A stretch of 60,500 nt of DNA, filler included. It is 3 parts of 3 records of this genome, joined end to end, with 100 filler letters (N's around TTAATTAATTAA, not from the genome) between each part and the next. Parts side by side here need not be neighbours in the genome. Positions count along the whole stretch, not along the records: positions 1 to 30,159 come from SRR20825019_160; 2 more parts are not named here. One strand, written 5' to 3'. Every line of letters starts with the position of its first letter. Positions within the stretch are counted from its first letter, which is position 1. Below the pieces are notes generated by a model. That model did no database searches and had not been told where the DNA came from. It saw only the letters and a list, made by a program, of their open reading frames with translations. Made by a program: the position numbers and the translations under genes. This document shows positions 1 through 10,603 of this stretch, piece after piece.

Positions 1-140
1 GTCGTGGTCTTGCCCGCGCCGTTGCCGCCGAGCAGACCCATTGTTACACCCGCCTCGACCGAAAAGCTGACGCCGCGCACGGCATGTACCGTGCCGTAGC
101 GTTTCTCCAGGTCTCGAACCTCGATGACCGTTTTGCTCAT
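1..140 (-). CDS. ABC transporter ATP-binding protein, 5' part (truncated by window edge)
   Basis: Manual translation from ATG at 140: MSKTVIEVRDLEKRYGTVHAVRGVSFSVEAGVTMGLLGGNGAGKTT, with Walker A GGNGAGKT. Not in the ORF track. Confidence 0.85.
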   Translation of the reverse strand, partial: MSKTVIEVRDLEKRYGTVHAVRGVSFSVEAGVTMGLLGGNGAGKTT

Positions 141-224
141 GGACCGCGCTCGTGAGAAGTGCTCGTGGGAGTTCGTTCGGGTGTGCCTAAATCGGCGTCG
201 CGACCTTAGCCCGAGCCGTGCTAC

Positions 225-1625
225 TTGGACAATCATGCAATCCGCAGACACAGCGCCGGAATGGCAGTGAGGGAGCGCCGCGTGACTGATCCGCAAAACA
301 GGTTCGGGGATTTCGAGGACCGCTTCGCGCTCGGAGACGGGCTTGGGCCGGCCGGCGCGCGAACCCTGACGACGATCCGCTGGGTGGCGCTGATGGGGCA
401 GCTTATCAGCCTGCTCGTCGTGCATTACGGCCTCGGCTTTCCGCTGCCGCTGGAAATCGCCCTCGGGATCGTGGCGTCGGGTGCGCTCTACAATATCATC
501 ATTCAGGCGGTGCGGCAGTCCGGCCGGGCGCTGACCACCCGCGCGGCGGCCTTCGGACTGGCCTTCGACATCGCCCAGCTCGGCTACCTGCTGTACTGGA
601 CAGGCGGTCTGGAAAACCCGTTCGCCCTGATGCTGATCGCGCCGGTAACCGTCTCCGCCACAATCCTGTCCGGGGCGGCGACCATCTGGCTGAGCTTCCT
701 CGCCCTTGCCGCCACCACGGCGCTGGCCCTGGTGCATCAGCCATTGCCGTGGAGCCCCGCAGGGCTGCAATTGCCGAGTGTTTATGTCTTCGGTTTGTGG
801 ATGGCGATCGTCATCACCACGCTGTTCATTGCCGGCTACACCTACAGGGTCAGCCGGGATGCCAGACGGATGTCGGATGCGCTTGGAGCGACGCGGCTGG
901 CGCTGTCCCGTGAGCAGCAGCTCTCCGCGCTCGGCGGTCTTGCGGCGGCGGCGGCACACGAACTCGGCACGCCCCTCAGCACCATTGCCGTTGTTGCCCG
1001 GGAGTTGCGCAAGGATCTGCCCGATGACAGCGAGTGGGGCGAGGATGTCGACCTGCTGTTGAGCGAGACCGCGCGGTGCCGCGACATCTTGACTCAGCTT
1101 TCCCGCCAGCCGGACCAGGAAGCGGTGGGCCCGTTCAAATCCATGCCCTTCAGCGCGATGGTCGAGGCTGCCGCCGCGCCGCATCAGCGTGACGAGATTG
1201 TTGTCATTGTCGAGCAGCATGGCCCGGACGGTGCGTTCGATCTTGCGGCCGGGGAGGGCGCCATTGCGGCGGATCAGCCACGGGTGGTGCTGACGCCGGA
1301 GATGAACCAGGGTATCGGCACCCTGGTGCAGAACGCCGTCCAGTTTGCCCGGGAAACCGTGGAGATCACGGTCTATTGGGACGAGGACACGGCCTCGGTC
1401 ATCATCGAGGATGACGGGCCGGGATTTGCCGCTCTGGTGCTTGACCGGCTGGGCGAGCCCTATGTCTCCAGCCGGGCCGGCAAGGACGGTCACATGGGCC
1501 TTGGTATTTTCATTGCGAAGACCTTGCTGGAGCGTGGCGGGGCATCGCTCTCCTTCTCCAATCGTGCCGAAGGCGGGGCTCGGGTGACGGTGCAATGGCG
1601 GCGCGCCGACCTGGAAACGGCGTGA
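225..1625 (+). CDS. regB: ActS/PrrB/RegB family redox-sensing histidine kinase (true start probably 261 or 282)
   Basis: About 6 TM segments with the quinone-binding motif TGGLENPF, H-box AAAAAHELGTPL, redox Cys in 'RCRDIL', HATPase boxes (NAV, DDGPG, GLG). Adjacent to regA. Confidence 0.93.
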   Translation: MDNHAIRRHSAGMAVRERRVTDPQNRFGDFEDRFALGDGLGPAGARTLTTIRWVALMGQLISLLVVHYGLGFPLPLEIALGIVASGALYNIIIQAVRQSGRALTTRAAAFGLAFDIAQLGYLLYWTGGLENPFALMLIAPVTVSATILSGAATIWLSFLALAATTALALVHQPLPWSPAGLQLPSVYVFGLWMAIVITTLFIAGYTYRVSRDARRMSDALGATRLALSREQQLSALGGLAAAAAHELGTPLSTIAVVARELRKDLPDDSEWGEDVDLLLSETARCRDILTQLSRQPDQEAVGPFKSMPFSAMVEAAAAPHQRDEIVVIVEQHGPDGAFDLAAGEGAIAADQPRVVLTPEMNQGIGTLVQNAVQFARETVEITVYWDEDTASVIIEDDGPGFAALVLDRLGEPYVSSRAGKDGHMGLGIFIAKTLLERGGASLSFSNRAEGGARVTVQWRRADLETA

Positions 1626-1702
1626 CCGCAGCTTGACCGAAAGCAGATTTCCCAGCATAAGCCAACTGGTGACAGACCGGCCCCGAAAGGCGGAGGTACC
1701 TG

Positions 1703-2257
1703 GTGACAGACGATCAGATTTCAGTTGATGAGTCCCGCAAACTGCTGGTGCTCGACGATGACGAGGCCTTTCGCAACCGGCTTGTCCGGGCAATGGAAAA
1801 GCGTGGCTTCGACGTGACCAGCGCGAGTTCGGTGGCCGAGGGCCTGCAGGCGGTGAGCGAGGATGCGCCATCTCACGCTGTGCTCGACATGCGGCTGACC
1901 GACGGCAGCGGGCTTGATGTGGTGGCCGCCCTGCGGGAGGCCAATCCCGATGCCCGCATCATCATGCTGACCGGCTATGGCAATATTGCCACCGCCGTCG
2001 CCGCCGTGAAAGCGGGCGCGGTGGATTATCTGCCGAAACCGGCCGATGCCGATGCCATCGCCGCCGCGCTGCTGGATCATGAAGAGGCCCTGCCGCCGCC
2101 GCCGGATAATCCGATGTCGGCCGACCGGGTGCGCTGGGAGCATATTCAGCGGGTCTTCGAGCAATGCGGCCGGAATGTCTCGGAAACCGCACGCCGCCTG
2201 CGCATGCACCGCCGAACCCTGCAAAGAATCCTGAACAAGCACGCACCGCGCGGCTGA
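1703..2257 (+). CDS. regA: ActR/PrrA/RegA family response regulator
   Basis: REC domain, poly-Pro linker and the diagnostic C-terminus PMSADRVRWEHIQRVFEQCGRNVSETARRLRMHRRTLQRIL. Confidence 0.96.
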   Translation: MTDDQISVDESRKLLVLDDDEAFRNRLVRAMEKRGFDVTSASSVAEGLQAVSEDAPSHAVLDMRLTDGSGLDVVAALREANPDARIIMLTGYGNIATAVAAVKAGAVDYLPKPADADAIAAALLDHEEALPPPPDNPMSADRVRWEHIQRVFEQCGRNVSETARRLRMHRRTLQRILNKHAPRG

Positions 2258-2271
2258 TTTTCCCGGATGCG

Positions 2272-2290
2272 TTTCCGGTGGATACCGGAA
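2272..2290. terminator. Hairpin between convergent regA and EAL gene (possible terminator)
   Basis: TTCCGGT-GGAT-ACCGGAA inverted repeat in the 39-bp gap. No clear U-tract. Confidence 0.4.
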
Positions 2291-2296
2291 CGGGGT

Positions 2297-3541
2297 TCAG
2301 ACGATGCGGGCTTCGGAATTCAGCTGTTTGTCGATATAGCGGCCCTGGAACATGGTGATGCCCAGGGACTGCCCGAACCGGACGGCCTCGTCTGAATCAC
2401 AGCGCGTCAGGATGATCCGGGCGCGGCCGCAACGATCCACATGCTCTTTCAGCTCTGCGGTCCGGTTTCCGGACATATCGTCCGCCATGTCCGGGGTCCA
2501 GATCAGCTTCAACAGATCAAGGCCGAGCCGCTCACGGTCGATGAACTGAAGGGTCAGATGGTTCAGGCCATCCAGGCAGATCCGGTAGCCGCGTTCGCGC
2601 ATGAAGTCGCGGGCGAACATGTAGGCGCCCATATCCCCGAAAATATCGATCTTCTGCAATTCGATCACGACCGTGCCGCGGGCAACCGCCTTCAGGCTGG
2701 CATCGAAATTCAGGAAGGGCGGCGACAGGATCGTCTGTACGTTCAGATTGACGCTGAAGGAGCTGGCGATCGAGGTGTCGTCGTTCCGGATCAGCAGGGA
2801 CAGCATCCGCGCGTCCAGCGTTTGCGTCAGATGCTGGAACAGCCACAGATTGGAGGCCAGGTCGAATTCCGGCAGTACGGTCTGCTGCAGATCGTGGATC
2901 GAGATGAACAGCTCTCGGAACACCGGTTGCGGTGTCGGATTGTTTGGTGTGAGCGCGCAGACCGGCTGGCGGCGCATCAGGTTCGAGAGGTCGGCCCGCT
3001 GCAGAAAGGATTCCAGTTTGCCGAGCTGCTCCGGATCGAGTGGCTTGCGCACGCTTTTGCTGCGTGGATCGACTTTCTGGTCGGCGCTGACGGCAAGACG
3101 GGATTTGCGTTCCCGCTCCCGGTGCATTTGCTTGACCAGTTCCAGCAAATCCTCGAACTGGGTGGCGACATTGTACCAGGAGCAGAACCTGGCCAGGTCC
3201 TCTTCCTCGTCGCCCTGAGAAAGCGGGTCTTCGGAAAACAGATAGCGGACCTTCATGATGGCCGCGTCGATATCCTCGACAGTCGCATCCTTGCAGACGA
3301 AGAACAGGTCCGAATTACTCAGGATGAAGATCTGGCCCTCATAGTTCTGGACCATGCCTTCGAAGGTGGCTGCCGCGATCCGGATATGGTGATCCTGACG
3401 GTTCTGCGGACGCAACCGGGAAAGATGGATATGGACGGCCATCCGGCCTTCCACGTTGCGCCCGAGACGCTGGAGATAGTCGAGCAGCAGGTATTCCTGG
3501 CTCGGACCCCTATTTCGGCTCTGGACTTGGCTGAGCGCCAT
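2297..3541 (-). CDS. Degenerate EAL-domain protein (probably catalytically inactive)
   Basis: C-terminal half follows EAL motif order: RRQPV...RELFIS, SVNLN, VIELQ, ICLDG, DLLKL, FQGRY. Several catalytic positions are substituted. Confidence 0.75.
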   Translation of the reverse strand: MALSQVQSRNRGPSQEYLLLDYLQRLGRNVEGRMAVHIHLSRLRPQNRQDHHIRIAAATFEGMVQNYEGQIFILSNSDLFFVCKDATVEDIDAAIMKVRYLFSEDPLSQGDEEEDLARFCSWYNVATQFEDLLELVKQMHRERERKSRLAVSADQKVDPRSKSVRKPLDPEQLGKLESFLQRADLSNLMRRQPVCALTPNNPTPQPVFRELFISIHDLQQTVLPEFDLASNLWLFQHLTQTLDARMLSLLIRNDDTSIASSFSVNLNVQTILSPPFLNFDASLKAVARGTVVIELQKIDIFGDMGAYMFARDFMRERGYRICLDGLNHLTLQFIDRERLGLDLLKLIWTPDMADDMSGNRTAELKEHVDRCGRARIILTRCDSDEAVRFGQSLGITMFQGRYIDKQLNSEARIV

Positions 3542-3875
3542 GTGGTCCTCCGTCTAAACTCTGGGGGGCCGTTTCCTGACCCTCTTCTTACCACGCTGGC
3601 TACAGCACGGGCACCCGATATTTGCCTTGAATGCGGCCGCTTGCACGGGCGGGATACTCTAGAAGAACAGGAATGACCAATTGGTAATCATGCTCGAAAA
3701 TGCGGAAATTTGCATAAAAGGCCACCAAAAACTTGCGCGCAGGGCCGAATCTGGTCGTGTCTACATAAACTATGCTCATAAAAATGTTTTGTTTCAATGG
3801 ATAATTCGCCTATTTTAAAGCGCTGGATAAGCGAATTGCAGATCGACCCGGGGTTGGAATCAACTGGCCTGTCAC

Positions 3876-5240
3876 ATGGACCTTTGTATTTGGTGGCGTA
3901 AATGCCGGATCAACTTGGCGTTCGTGACCGCCGCACTCGCTTTGGCCTCTATTTTAGTAGGGATTTCCGCCGAAGCCGTTCTCGCGCAGCAGGCTTACAA
4001 GGAATCCGTTCGGGGCCGTCAGCGCCTCGACTTTGAAAGCTACGGTTTGTCGCTTGATTTGCTCAGCCGGCCCGATGATCGTTCGGATGCCGGGCGGCTG
4101 GCCGGAAGTTTCGATCTGTTTTCCCGGGCGACTGTCGATGCCGGCCGGGACAGCAATGTCACCCGGGTCAAGAACGGCGCGATTTCCTCTGCTGTTACCG
4201 AAGCGAAGGCGGAAGCGGCGCTGCGTTCCAACTGGACCAATCATGAAGCCTTGCTGATTGTTGACCTGACGGACCGGCGGGTCGCGGAATCAAGCCGGGA
4301 GAATACGACGGATGCTCGTCTGGCCACGGCGGTGCGGGTTGATGTCGATGACGGTGTTTTTGCGCGCGGTTTCGCCGAAGCGAAGCGCGGGCATATCCGG
4401 CGCGGCGACGATGCGGATCCCGGTGCCGGCTTCGAGCCGCTCACCTTCAATCAATATCTCGTTGGAGGGGTTTATGACGACAGGCGGGATGACCGGGTCT
4501 TTACGCGTATCGTCGGGGAAGCCGTGCACCGGTCCTACAATCCGACGGACAACGTAGATCGGGATACCCTGGACCGCACAACTTTCAATCTGCGCGGGCT
4601 TGTCGGCTATTCCCCCGGAGGTGAATACGATCTCTTTGTTTCGCCCAGTCTGCTTCGCGATGTCTATACCGAGGATGCTTCGGAGGATCAGAACTCGACG
4701 CGTCTGACGCTGTCGGTCGGGGCTGTGCGCGATATCACCGGGGTCAGTGCCTTCAACGGCAGGGTCGGCGTCTCGCACCGGGTTTTCGACGCAAGCTCGC
4801 GCTCCGCGCAGACCGATTTCGTATTGTCCGGCGGCCTGCTCTGGAACCTGACGCCGGTCATGACCTTTACCGCCGATGCGGATATCGAGAACCAGCAGTC
4901 GGACGATCCGAGCGCGGGAACGAAACTTTCGCGGTCTTTCCGAATGGGACTCGACTATGATCCGCTCGAGCAATTGATAATCGGTGGTTACCTTTCCGTG
5001 GCGAATGAAGAGTTTCAGCAGATCGACCGGGAAGACGATGACATGCTCGTCGGAGTAAACGCGACCTACCTCATCAACGAACACCTGTTTGCCGGGTTGA
5101 GCTTTGAGCACGAGGTTTCGGATTCGACCGATCCGGCGCGGGCCTTTGATGCCACGACGGTGATGTTCAGGATCAGCGCAAAACTTTGCTGCCAGGCAGA
5201 TGATGGCACCGTTGATCCTTTCAATCTCGGCCGGTTTTAG
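3876..5240 (+). CDS. Outer-membrane beta-barrel protein of EPS export (BBP2-like)
   Basis: Signal peptide, alternating amphipathic strands, 'DSNV' and 'LRSNW..H' motifs. First gene of the wza-wzc operon. Confidence 0.75.
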   Translation: MDLCIWWRKCRINLAFVTAALALASILVGISAEAVLAQQAYKESVRGRQRLDFESYGLSLDLLSRPDDRSDAGRLAGSFDLFSRATVDAGRDSNVTRVKNGAISSAVTEAKAEAALRSNWTNHEALLIVDLTDRRVAESSRENTTDARLATAVRVDVDDGVFARGFAEAKRGHIRRGDDADPGAGFEPLTFNQYLVGGVYDDRRDDRVFTRIVGEAVHRSYNPTDNVDRDTLDRTTFNLRGLVGYSPGGEYDLFVSPSLLRDVYTEDASEDQNSTRLTLSVGAVRDITGVSAFNGRVGVSHRVFDASSRSAQTDFVLSGGLLWNLTPVMTFTADADIENQQSDDPSAGTKLSRSFRMGLDYDPLEQLIIGGYLSVANEEFQQIDREDDDMLVGVNATYLINEHLFAGLSFEHEVSDSTDPARAFDATTVMFRISAKLCCQADDGTVDPFNLGRF

Positions 5241-5254
5241 GAGATAGAATAGAG

Positions 5255-5860
5255 ATGCGATTCGTCTCCACTCTCGCCTCGCTTCTCACGGCGCCCCGTC
5301 TCTCGGTTGGCGCCCTGTTGGGGCTCGTTCTGTGTCTCGGGCTGTCCGCCTGCGGCACAAACGATATCGACGAGCTGCCGCCGCCAACGACGCCGACCAT
5401 CGCGGAATACAGGCTGGTTACCGGAGACCGCGTGGCGGTGACGGTCTTTGGTCATCCGGAGCTGTCCGCGATTGTTGACATTACCGATGACGGGGCCATG
5501 GAATTGCCGCTGGTCGGGAAGATTGAAGCACGGGGCAAGACCGCGCTGGAGCTCCGGACCCTGGTGACCGGAATCGTCGACCTCAATTATGTCATCGATC
5601 CCAAGGTCGATATCGTCATTGCCCGGTATCAGCCCTTCTATGTGCTGGGCGAGGTGAACACGCCCGGCAGCTTCGATTTCGTCCTTGGGCTGAATATGCG
5701 CAAGGCGGTGGCGGAAGCCGGCGGCTTCACGCGCCGGGCGGCGAAGTCCCAGGCATTGCTGACGCGGCGCACCGAGCATGGTCAGACTGTCCGCGATGTG
5801 AGTCTCGACACGTCTGTCTATCCGGGTGACGTTATCGAGATCAAACGGCGCTGGTTCTAG
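5255..5860 (+). CDS. Short OPX (Wza-like) polysaccharide export lipoprotein
   Basis: Lipobox LSAC, Poly_export motif YRLVTGDRVAVTVFGHPELS, SLBB motif FYVLGEVNTPG, C-terminus RRWF. Confidence 0.9.
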   Translation: MRFVSTLASLLTAPRLSVGALLGLVLCLGLSACGTNDIDELPPPTTPTIAEYRLVTGDRVAVTVFGHPELSAIVDITDDGAMELPLVGKIEARGKTALELRTLVTGIVDLNYVIDPKVDIVIARYQPFYVLGEVNTPGSFDFVLGLNMRKAVAEAGGFTRRAAKSQALLTRRTEHGQTVRDVSLDTSVYPGDVIEIKRRWF

Positions 5861-5868
5861 GAACGGAC

Positions 5869-8241
5869 ATGGCGAACGTTACGGCATTCCCCAGATCGAG
5901 ACGCTCTTCCGAAGCGCCGTCGGCTCTTTTCGCCGATCCGCTGGACACCGGTGAGACATTCGATCTCTGGCGGCTCGTGTCGGTCATGCGCCGCCGGTTT
6001 CTCCTGATCCTGTTCGTGATGCTGCTGGTGCCGCTGGTGACCGGACTGATCGTTTATTCGATGAAGCCGGTCTATTCGGGTTACACGAAACTGCTGATGG
6101 CGGAGTCCAAGGGGGCTTTCAATATTCAGGGATTCACCCTGCCGCAGGCACTGTCGCCCAGCAACACGAACCTGCCGACGGAAACCGCCTACCTGAAATC
6201 CCGTGCTTTCGCCGCTCTGGTGATCGATCGGCTCGGTCTGGAAGATGTGCCGGAATTCAATCCGTCCCTGCAGCCTGAAGGTGAAGTGGGATGGCGTCAT
6301 ACGGCAGGCGAGCTTCTGGAGATGCTGCATCTCCGCGCACTGATATCAAGCTGGACCGGGGCGGCCGATCACTGGCTGCGGGAGAATTTCGGTTTCGATG
6401 CCGGCGCCTATATGAAGGGCCGGGAAAAAACTGAAAAGCTTACTCCGGAAGCGTTGCGCGCGGATGTAACAGACAATTTTCTCGAACGGCTGACGGTTGA
6501 CGGAGAGCAGTTGTCGCGGGTCATCACCATCGAGTTCCGCAGCAACGATCCGGCTCTGGCCGCGCGTGTTCCGAACACCATCGCGGAGCTCTTTCTGGAG
6601 CAGAAGCGGACCCAGCGGGACCGGGCGATCCGGCAATCCAGCCAGTGGCTGACGGACCAGGTTGCGGCATTGCAGGAGAGAGTCCTCGATTCCGAACAGA
6701 AATTCGAGCGGTTCCGCCGTGAGGAAGGTCTGCTGGATATTCGCGGCACCGAGTTGATGCAGCAGCAGCTGATCAAGCTGAACGACCAGTTGATTCAGGC
6801 CAGCACCGAGCGGGCTGAGCGCGAGGCCCGGCTGCGTCAGGTGCAGTTGCTGATCGACCAGCCGGACGGGACGGCCAGCCTGGCGCCGGTGCTTGCTTCC
6901 CAACTGATCAACAATTTGCGGCTGCAGGAATCGCAGATCCAACAGCGTCTCGCGGAGCAGCTCACAACCTTGCGTGACGGTCATCCGGACGTCATCAAGA
7001 CCCGCCGGGAGCTCGAAGACGTGCGCGTCACGATCTCGGGCGAAGTGCGCAAGATCGTGCAGTCGATGCGTAACGAGACCGAGATTGCCCGGGTGCGGGA
7101 GGCGAATGTCGCCAATGCGGTTGGAGAGCTGAAAGCGATCATGGAATCCCAGGCGGATGCCGAGATCGAATTGCGCGCCATCCAGGCGGAAGTGGCGGCC
7201 AACCAGAATCTTTACGAGGTCATGCTGAACCGGCTTGCCGCGGTGGATCTTGAGGGCCGTGAGCCGGATCAGGTCGGCGCCGAGGTGATCTCCCGCGCGG
7301 TCATGCCCCGGGTGCCGGTGGCGCCGAAGAAGAAACTGGCGGTGCTTGCCTCGCTGCTTGCTTCGATGATCATTGCCGCCCTGCTGGCCCTGCTTATGGA
7401 TTTTCTGATCCGCGGGTTCAAGAATGCCAAGCAGCTCGAACAGGTGACGGGATTGCCGGTCATCGCCAGCATACCGTTGTCGCAACAGGTGAAGGATTCC
7501 GGGGCGCCACTGTTTGAAATGGTGCGCCGCCGGCCGGGATCGGCCGTCGGGCAGGGTATCAGGAAGCTGCGTACCGCGCTCAATCTGCTCGGCGAGGGCA
7601 AGCCGATCCGCACTGTGCTGATCACCTCTTCAATTGCCGGAGAGGGTAAGTCCTCGATCGCTCTGGGGCTGGTCGCGAATGCCGTCTCGGCCGGGCTGCG
7701 GACGTTGGTCATCGATTGCGACACGGTGAATGGCACCGTCACGAAACAAATCGACAGTGTGACCAACCGGGGCCTCAAGCAGTATCTGAATGGCGACGGC
7801 GAGATCGAGGATGCCATCGAATTCGATATGGCCACCGGAATCCACTATGTTGCGACGGGCGGCTTGCTGTCGAATTCGGACGATCTTTTCGGCTCCCGGC
7901 GGATGGCCGAGTTGCTGCGCTACAGTGCGCAGAATTTCGATTTCACCGTGCTGGACAGCGGTCCTGCCTCGGTGGTTTCCGACACGCTGGTGTTGGTCCC
8001 CCAGGTCGATGCCACCGTCTTTGTGGTCGAGTGGGAACGCACCCGGCGGGAGACAGCGGAGCAGACCATCCGGGAAGTTTATGAGGTCGGCGAAAATCTG
8101 GCCGGAATCGTGATGTCGAAGAACAATCTCCGGATCCAGTCGATCGATGGCGGGGCGGAGGCCTATGACGGGCAGTATTACGGCGTCGATTCAGCACCTC
8201 CGGAAGATGACGGTCAAACGGAATGGGCGCGTGCTCGATGA
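5869..8241 (+). CDS. Wzc/ExoP/GumC polysaccharide co-polymerase with BY-kinase domain
   Basis: Two TM segments flanking a coiled-coil periplasmic region, Walker A SSIAGEGKS, A' LVIDCD, B VLDS, C-terminal tyrosines (AYDGQYYG). Confidence 0.92.
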   Translation: MANVTAFPRSRRSSEAPSALFADPLDTGETFDLWRLVSVMRRRFLLILFVMLLVPLVTGLIVYSMKPVYSGYTKLLMAESKGAFNIQGFTLPQALSPSNTNLPTETAYLKSRAFAALVIDRLGLEDVPEFNPSLQPEGEVGWRHTAGELLEMLHLRALISSWTGAADHWLRENFGFDAGAYMKGREKTEKLTPEALRADVTDNFLERLTVDGEQLSRVITIEFRSNDPALAARVPNTIAELFLEQKRTQRDRAIRQSSQWLTDQVAALQERVLDSEQKFERFRREEGLLDIRGTELMQQQLIKLNDQLIQASTERAEREARLRQVQLLIDQPDGTASLAPVLASQLINNLRLQESQIQQRLAEQLTTLRDGHPDVIKTRRELEDVRVTISGEVRKIVQSMRNETEIARVREANVANAVGELKAIMESQADAEIELRAIQAEVAANQNLYEVMLNRLAAVDLEGREPDQVGAEVISRAVMPRVPVAPKKKLAVLASLLASMIIAALLALLMDFLIRGFKNAKQLEQVTGLPVIASIPLSQQVKDSGAPLFEMVRRRPGSAVGQGIRKLRTALNLLGEGKPIRTVLITSSIAGEGKSSIALGLVANAVSAGLRTLVIDCDTVNGTVTKQIDSVTNRGLKQYLNGDGEIEDAIEFDMATGIHYVATGGLLSNSDDLFGSRRMAELLRYSAQNFDFTVLDSGPASVVSDTLVLVPQVDATVFVVEWERTRRETAEQTIREVYEVGENLAGIVMSKNNLRIQSIDGGAEAYDGQYYGVDSAPPEDDGQTEWARAR

Positions 8242-8270
8242 TGCGGTGCCGGAGCTGGGCTCACTAAATC

Positions 8271-9683
8271 ATGCGCAACAAAACGCTGATCTGGATGGCG
8301 GTCTGGTTGGCCTCGCTTGAGGCGCTGGCTCTCTATGCGATCAATATCGTCGCTTATGCGGTCCGCAATGGCAGCTTCGAGCTGCCAGAACGTTACCTGC
8401 TCGGCGGACTTTTTATCTGCGCGCTGTATCTGATCTGCGGCATCAGTCAGAACAGTTATGCCTTTGATCGCAGCGATGTGCGGCGGATCCATGTGATGCA
8501 GGCGTTGCGCTGCTGGATCGGCACGATGATCATTTTCGTGGTCGCGCTCTATGCCTTCAAGATATCCGAGGATTTCTCGCGCTTCTGGCTGCTTGTCGTG
8601 GTGCTGGGCGGTGGTGTTGCCCTGATTTTGGTGCGAATTACGGTGCTGGCCTGGGTCTCCAAGGTACGGAGGAGTGGCCGGTTCGCCAACCGGGTGGCGG
8701 TCCTTGGCTCGCCCCGGCTGGTGAACGAGGCGGTGCAGATATTGCTCACCCATCGCGGTGGACCCCGTCTGGTCGGCGGCTTTGTCAGCGGCGGCATACC
8801 TGGCGAGACCCTGCAAGGTGTGCCTTTGCATGGCAGCGAGGAGAGCCTGCGCAAGATCATCGCGGCCGGCCGGGTAGACGATGTGCTGCTGTGTTATGAG
8901 CCCGACGAGGAAACCGCCTTTCGGGCGGCGCTGGCCACACTTAAGGATCAACCGGTCAACATACGTTTGCGGCTGCCCTCCTATCTGCATGGGGTTCCGG
9001 CGCTCGGAATCGACCGGATCGCAGGGCAGGCCGGCTTGATTCTGGCGGACCTTCCGATCGTTGGCTGGGAAAGTGTGCAGAAGCGCTGCGTCGATCTTGT
9101 CCTGGGGGGACTCCTGCTGATCGTCCTGGCACCGGTCATGCTGCTCATCGCACTGGCCATCATGATCACCATGGGCCGCCCGGTGCTGTTCCGGCAGAAG
9201 CGCTACGGCTTCAACAATGACGAATTCATGATGCTCAAGTTCCGGAGCATGGTGCGGGACGGTGACGGGATTACCGGAGGCGAAACCGGGCAGGACCAGC
9301 CCCTTCGGCAGGCCACCCGGGATGATCCGCGTATCACAACGCTCGGCCGGTTTCTGCGCCGGAGCAGTCTGGATGAGCTCCCGCAGTTGCTGAATGTTCT
9401 GGGAGGCAGCATGTCGCTGGTCGGGCCGCGTCCGCACGCGGTTTCCCACAATGAGCATTATGCGGGCCTGATCGACGGCTATCTCGGCCGGCACCGGGTC
9501 AAGCCCGGTATCACCGGCTGGGCTCAGGTGAACGGTTTGCGCGGGGAGACCGATACGCTCGACAAGATGCGCCACCGGGTCGAGCTCGACCTGCATTATA
9601 TCGAGAACTGGTCTCTCGGCTTCGACCTGAAGATTCTTGCCCTGACCGTGATCGAGGTCGGGATCGGCCGCTCTGCCTACTGA
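8271..9683 (+). CDS. Undecaprenyl-phosphate glucose phosphotransferase (WcaJ family priming GT)
   Basis: N-terminal TMs, [62 protein letters not shown]. Confidence 0.93.
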   Translation: MRNKTLIWMAVWLASLEALALYAINIVAYAVRNGSFELPERYLLGGLFICALYLICGISQNSYAFDRSDVRRIHVMQALRCWIGTMIIFVVALYAFKISEDFSRFWLLVVVLGGGVALILVRITVLAWVSKVRRSGRFANRVAVLGSPRLVNEAVQILLTHRGGPRLVGGFVSGGIPGETLQGVPLHGSEESLRKIIAAGRVDDVLLCYEPDEETAFRAALATLKDQPVNIRLRLPSYLHGVPALGIDRIAGQAGLILADLPIVGWESVQKRCVDLVLGGLLLIVLAPVMLLIALAIMITMGRPVLFRQKRYGFNNDEFMMLKFRSMVRDGDGITGGETGQDQPLRQATRDDPRITTLGRFLRRSSLDELPQLLNVLGGSMSLVGPRPHAVSHNEHYAGLIDGYLGRHRVKPGITGWAQVNGLRGETDTLDKMRHRVELDLHYIENWSLGFDLKILALTVIEVGIGRSAY

Positions 9684-10603
9684 CGAGCCGCTTTTTGCTG
9701 CCAGTCCAGGGCGCGCTGCAAGCCGTCCGGCAGCGTGACGCCGGCGCGAAACGCAAACAATTCTGCCGCCCGGGCCGGATCTCCCAGAGAATGGGCCACA
9801 CCGCCGGACCGGCCGGGTCCGGGGTCGATCCGGATATCATCACCGCAAATACGGCCGATCTCACGGGCCAGTGTTTTAACGCTGGTGGCAATTCCGGTGC
9901 ACCCGTTCACGATCAGGGTGCCAGGCCGGGGTTGGGATATCGCAGATGTCAGCAGGCGGATGAGATCGTCAATGAAGATGAAGTCCCGGCTCTGGCTGCC
10001 ATCGCCATCCACCCGGAGCGGGGCTCCGGAGAGTGCGGCTGCAATGAAGCGGGAGATCACCCCGGCATAGGGCGAGCCCGCATCCTGACCAGGTCCATAA
10101 ACGTTGAAGGGTCTGACGATGGTGGTGGCCAGGCCTTTTTCGACAGCTTTCAGCGCATGCTGTTCGCCCTGCAATTTGTCGGCGCCATAGGCGGACAATG
10201 GCCGGCATGGATAGGTCTCGGAAACCATACCCGGTCCCGCGTCGCCATAGACCGCCGCGGAAGAGATCAGCACCAGAGGAACGCGGCTCCGTGCCGTGGC
10301 AGCAACGGCATTGGCGGCGCCACCGGCATTGACTGCATGCGCCCGGTCCGGGTTCGCTTCGGCGGCGGCGATGGAGGCGATCGCCGCGAGGTGGAAGACA
10401 CCGTCCGCATCCTTCGCCAGTCTGGCAAGCTTGTCCGCATCGGTGACGCACCCTTCTTCAAGGCGTGCCGCCGAGGGCAATTTCGCCGGATCGCCGGAAG
10501 ACAGATCGTCCAGCACGGTGACGCCGTGTCCGGCCTGCAGCAGGGCGGTGGTAAGGTGCCTGCCGATAAAGCCGCATCCGCCGGTGACAAGATAACCGGC
10601 CAT
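9677..10603 (-). CDS. NAD-dependent epimerase/dehydratase (UDP-sugar 4-epimerase-like)
   Basis: Start re-set to the ATG at 10603 (TGATG overlap with the upstream gene). TGGCGFIG Rossmann motif, SSAAVYG, YGADK, FNVYGPGQ. Confidence 0.9.
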   Translation of the reverse strand: MAGYLVTGGCGFIGRHLTTALLQAGHGVTVLDDLSSGDPAKLPSAARLEEGCVTDADKLARLAKDADGVFHLAAIASIAAAEANPDRAHAVNAGGAANAVAATARSRVPLVLISSAAVYGDAGPGMVSETYPCRPLSAYGADKLQGEQHALKAVEKGLATTIVRPFNVYGPGQDAGSPYAGVISRFIAAALSGAPLRVDGDGSQSRDFIFIDDLIRLLTSAISQPRPGTLIVNGCTGIATSVKTLAREIGRICGDDIRIDPGPGRSGGVAHSLGDPARAAELFAFRAGVTLPDGLQRALDWQQKAARQ

